This document shows positions 29,061 through 32,000 of a stretch of DNA of 32,000 bases, piece by piece. The translations under genes were made by a program, and so were the position numbers. Each line of letters begins with the position of its first letter. Positions within the stretch are counted from its first letter, which is position 1. Source of the stretch: Archaeoglobus fulgidus DSM 4304 (GTDB lineage Archaea > Halobacteriota > Archaeoglobi > Archaeoglobales > Archaeoglobaceae); assembly GCF_000008665.1 (NCBI RefSeq), contig NC_000917.1, positions 660,001 through 692,000 on the forward strand, read 5' to 3'. Under the pieces are notes generated by a model. The model was not told the origin of the DNA. It did not search any database and saw only the letters and a program-made list of their open reading frames with translations.

Positions 29061-29225
29061 TTACCTTGCCACTCTGCTCCCCTGCTCTGCTTTCAGCCCA
29101 CCCACTTCTATTTCTGCATAACTCACCTTAGCATAATTTACAAGAAAGCTGCAGAGATTAGGAAGCGTACTTTCAAGGTCATCCGAGCAAAGCATCTCAA
29201 GGGCTTCAATTGCACTTTTTTCCAC
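29061..29225 (-). CDS. Short open frame (VEKSAIEALEMLCSDDLESTLPNLCSFLVNYAKVSYAEIEVGGLKAEQGSRVAR*), probably the displaced N-terminus of the histidine kinase
   Basis: Hand-translated. GTG 29225 lies about 25-30 nt downstream of TATA-like AAGTTTAAATG (29249-29259, minus strand); the frame overlaps the kinase frame, which is open up to 29127. Confidence 0.5.
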   Translation of the reverse strand: MEKSAIEALEMLCSDDLESTLPNLCSFLVNYAKVSYAEIEVGGLKAEQGSRVAR

Positions 29226-29333
29226 ATCAATTTTCGTTGTTTATCAACATTTAAACTTTATCTTGTTTAGGCGCAAGAGTAGCATTTTATCCTCTGTTTC
29301 TTTTGCAGCATGTTGATGATAATTATTATTTAC

Positions 29334-29356
29334 GTAATAATGGTCATTGTTATTAC
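29334..29356. repeat. Inverted repeat GTAATAA-N9-TTATTAC in the kinase/UbiA divergent region
   Basis: Exact 7-bp arms at 29334-29340 and 29350-29356. Confidence 0.5.
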
Positions 29357-29422
29357 AATTATGCTTACATGATAGTAAAATTTATATATCACAAGGTTTA
29401 ATAATGACTGAGGTGATGAAAA

Positions 29423-29491
29423 ATGGAGAGGAAGGACGAGAGAAAGGAAGCGGAGAAGGTGTTCAAGGAGATTAAGATATTTGCAGGTTAA
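29423..29491 (+). CDS. Possible 22-aa leader ORF MERKDERKEAEKVFKEIKIFAG* coupled to the prenyltransferase gene
   Basis: GAGGTGATG upstream, downstream of TATA-like AATTTATATATC; its stop TAA overlaps the next ATG at 29491. Confidence 0.35.
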   Translation: MERKDERKEAEKVFKEIKIFAG

Positions 29492-30360
29492 TGATATTTG
29501 AAATAATAAAGATCGGGTCTCAACCAATAAATTTTGCTTATCCTATACCTTTACTATCTCTTTTGGCATTCATGCTCTCAGGGTCTGGCTATAACGAGCT
29601 TATTATTTCGTATATTTTCGCATTTTCATTTTTTACAGCCGCTAACCTTTGGAATCACCTAAATGATGCTGAAGATGATCTTAATGCCGGTCGTAACTAT
29701 GCAAGATTTCTTATTGAACATCGCAAAATCGTGACAGAATTTGTCGTTGCTTTTTATTTTGTATCTTTTTTATTAATATTTTTTATATCAAAAAGTAAAG
29801 AAATTGCATTACTATTAACAGGATTATCTGTCGTTTTAACTTGGCTTTACTCTGATAAAATTTTTATTGGAAAAATTATCAGACGATTCAAAGAGGATTA
29901 CAAGACTGAAGTATTTACATATATTTTGTGTTCGTTTTCTTTTCCACTAAGTTTTTGGACCATTTTTTCTGAAATTTCTCAAGTTGGAGTGGTTTTTACT
30001 TTGGCTACTGGATTTACATATCTCTCGGGTTTCTTCTTAAAAGACTTAAAAGACATTTCTGCCGATATAAAATCTGGTTACAGAACATTAGCCGTAGTTC
30101 TTTCACCCAGCACTTTATTGATAATATCGGTGATGTTGTTTATTGCCTCAACTTTTGTCGTAATTTTTTCATCATTGTTAGATGTGACTCCTACCAGTTC
30201 CTTGCTAGTTCTCACAGTATATCCCCCCATTTTGTTCGCAATCTACAAATTTCATAAAGAAAAATGGAAAATAACTAAAAATATTATTTCTTCTTTAAAA
30301 ATTTACACTTACTCTTATCTAGGTTTTTTAATTGCCTTTGCTATAGGTTGTAAACTGTAA
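29491..30360 (+). CDS. UbiA-superfamily membrane prenyltransferase
   Basis: First Asp-rich motif NLWNHLNDAEDDLNAGR, second motif DLKDISADIKSGYRTLAV, many hydrophobic helices, AT-rich codons. Confidence 0.8.
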   Translation: MIFEIIKIGSQPINFAYPIPLLSLLAFMLSGSGYNELIISYIFAFSFFTAANLWNHLNDAEDDLNAGRNYARFLIEHRKIVTEFVVAFYFVSFLLIFFISKSKEIALLLTGLSVVLTWLYSDKIFIGKIIRRFKEDYKTEVFTYILCSFSFPLSFWTIFSEISQVGVVFTLATGFTYLSGFFLKDLKDISADIKSGYRTLAVVLSPSTLLIISVMLFIASTFVVIFSSLLDVTPTSSLLVLTVYPPILFAIYKFHKEKWKITKNIISSLKIYTYSYLGFLIAFAIGCKL

Positions 30361-30387
30361 TAATTAAGCAAAAAAAAACGTGGAGTA

Positions 30388-31604
30388 CTATAAATTAAGA
30401 AACACTGTCGACAACGTTGTGTTTAAACAAATTTTTTCTTCTACTTCACTCATTGATCTCTTCTGCATTTTACCTGTGTACGACGGGAAAGACACTAAAA
30501 CGCCGTATACATCTTTTCCCCGAAAAACATTTACAATCCAATCCTCGAACATTAACATAATATTCTGGTCAACGAAAATAAAGTCAAACTTTTCTGAGTT
30601 TATTACTAATTTTATTCTATCCAACCCACCTTTCAGCTGCTCTCCTAAAAATAATCCCTCGTCATAAAATATATCTAAAGTAAAAAAGGAAGGATAAAAT
30701 TTTAAATTATAATCCATCAATCCTAAACATGTAGAACCATTAGTTTCTTTGCTGATTAAAGCTAAAATGTAAGGTGACGCTCCGAATATGCCCTCTCTGT
30801 TAACATCGTTTTCCAAATCACCTCTCATTCTTAAATTATGAGACCTTAAGAATTCTCTTATACTCATATTATTTATTTTTGCTATGGACAAATTTCCTTT
30901 GCTTATGGCAACATCTTCAATGAACTGGAATTCTTTCTTTAAAATTTTCTTAGTTTCTTCAACATCAGTTCCTCTTTCAGGTAAGAAGTCATCATATTTT
31001 GTGCCAAAATTTTTATCAATAGTTAGAAGAATTACACTCCTCCCAATATTAGAACCATTTATTGCTATCTTTGGTTTACCAATACCAAAATTTAGAGGGA
31101 AGAGATTAAGCGAAACAGCGTTTGCTTTTTCATCTCTGAATGGACGCAAAAGCGTATTTATAGGATATATCGCTTCTTTAAATATTCTAGATGCCTCCTC
31201 AACGTTTCTTGCCATTTTAAGTCTTAAAAAGCTACTTAAAAAAGAATATCTACTATCAACATAAAACAGCGGATAGACCAGCAAATTGAACCTCCCCTTC
31301 TCAGCGCTTCTCAACTGCTCGACCACCTCGTCTGGATTACCCCTGAAAACGTTCAGAGTGTAGTCGATGTCGGCAAACATGCACAGGCATCCGCGAGTCC
31401 ACACGCCATCGGGAGTTATAAACCCTTCAACAGGCACCAGAGCGTGTCAAAATCGAATTTGAACACCTTTGCATCTTTCTGCAGATGCTCGGTGAGGTAA
31501 ACTATCGCGAGATTTGGCCTGAAGTCCAAATTCTCCGCTTTGGACCTGATTTCATCAAACGCCTTTTTGGGGTCATTTTTCAGACTGTATGCGAACTCAA
31601 TCAT
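30388..31604 (-). pseudogene. FIST-like sensory domain protein split over two frames (31604-31416 and 31437-30388)
   Basis: Frame 1 ...NLAIVYLTEHLQKDAKVFKFDFDT, then frame 2 ...LVPVEGFITPDGVWTRGCLCMFADIDYTLNVFRGNPDEVVEQLRSAEKGRFNLLVYPLF. The second ORF has no Shine-Dalgarno before GTG 31437 and a stop only a few codons upstream. FIST assignment is by overall pattern only. Confidence 0.5.
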
Positions 31605-31929
31605 AGACTCGCAGCGACTCGGTGTCTATTCTCACCTTATAAAGCGAGGCAGCGTCGGAAATTCCTACAACAAGGAGCATCGACCTCGAAATCGGCCTTA
31701 TGAGGATTCCCTCCTTCCCCAATCTGAACTCAACGCTGTTCAGGTTCTCCTCAAGCACCTGCCTCGCTACCACCTCAACCTCCTTTTCAGCCCATTCAAG
31801 GGTTGGTATCCACTCCCTGCTTTTTATGTGGCTGGCAAGAACCGTGCCGTCTATACTGTAAACTACCGCAAAGAGAACGGATTCGTCAGTTCTGAAGGGC
31901 TCTATGAGCTCAAGCAAGTCCGCCCTCAT
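31597..31929 (-). CDS. Roadblock/LC7 (MglB-like) domain protein
   Basis: [17 protein letters not shown]...[58 protein letters not shown]. Confidence 0.7.
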
Positions 31930-32000
31930 GGTATTCTCCGCTTTATTTTGCTAATATCCTCTAAGGTGAGAGTGCCCTTTTTACACATCTCTGCGATTTT
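31926..32000 (-). CDS. C-terminal 24 residues of a protein truncated by the window edge ([24 protein letters not shown])
   Basis: Hand-translated; stop overlaps the ATG at 31929 (ATGA), as expected for an operon. Confidence 0.5.

Noticed and set aside
29226-31415. Mobile element explanation for the AT-rich segment
   Set aside because: No transposase, integrase, terminal inverted repeats or target-site duplication could be recognised, so it is reported only as a composition anomaly.

Overview
The window looks like a gene-dense chromosomal stretch from a hyperthermophilic euryarchaeon; gene content and protein style are consistent with Archaeoglobus (organism assignment is inference). Recognisable genes in order: a 3' gene fragment, rimI-like acetyltransferase, UPF0146, YjbQ/UPF0047, DNA primase small subunit, NikR, a GTPBP1-type GTPase, pyrD, an archaeal DUS-related TIM-barrel protein, dapF, an ATP-NAD kinase-like protein, a two-subunit 2-oxoacid:ferredoxin oxidoreductase, aTrm56, a GT39/Agl23-like membrane protein, a duplicated winged-helix protein with a membrane domain, an HdrD/GlpC-type membrane Fe-S oxidoreductase, Mn-dependent pyrophosphatase, TFE, six co-directional prepilin-like/surface genes, the rpl7ae-rps28e-rpl24e-ndk-infB translation cluster, a thioredoxin/glutaredoxin-like protein, a PAS histidine kinase, and an AT-rich segment with a UbiA-type prenyltransferase next to a FIST-like gene and a roadblock/LC7 gene. 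The best candidate for an under-described system is the six-gene block at 18040-23939. Every product has an extreme N-terminal class-III-like signal followed by a hydrophobic helix, and one is a 959-aa vWA protein, resembling archaeal type IV pili and analogous to bacterial TadE/F/G. Secondary signals are two probable frame disruptions in the signalling genes (29.1 kb and 31.43 kb), an AT-rich insertion-like segment whose edge lies inside an ORF, a uORF and repeated GATGA/box C-like motifs in the rpl7ae leader, and a symmetric TATA shared by divergent dapF and NAD-kinase-like genes. No CRISPR array, tRNA, rRNA, intein or transposase was recognised.
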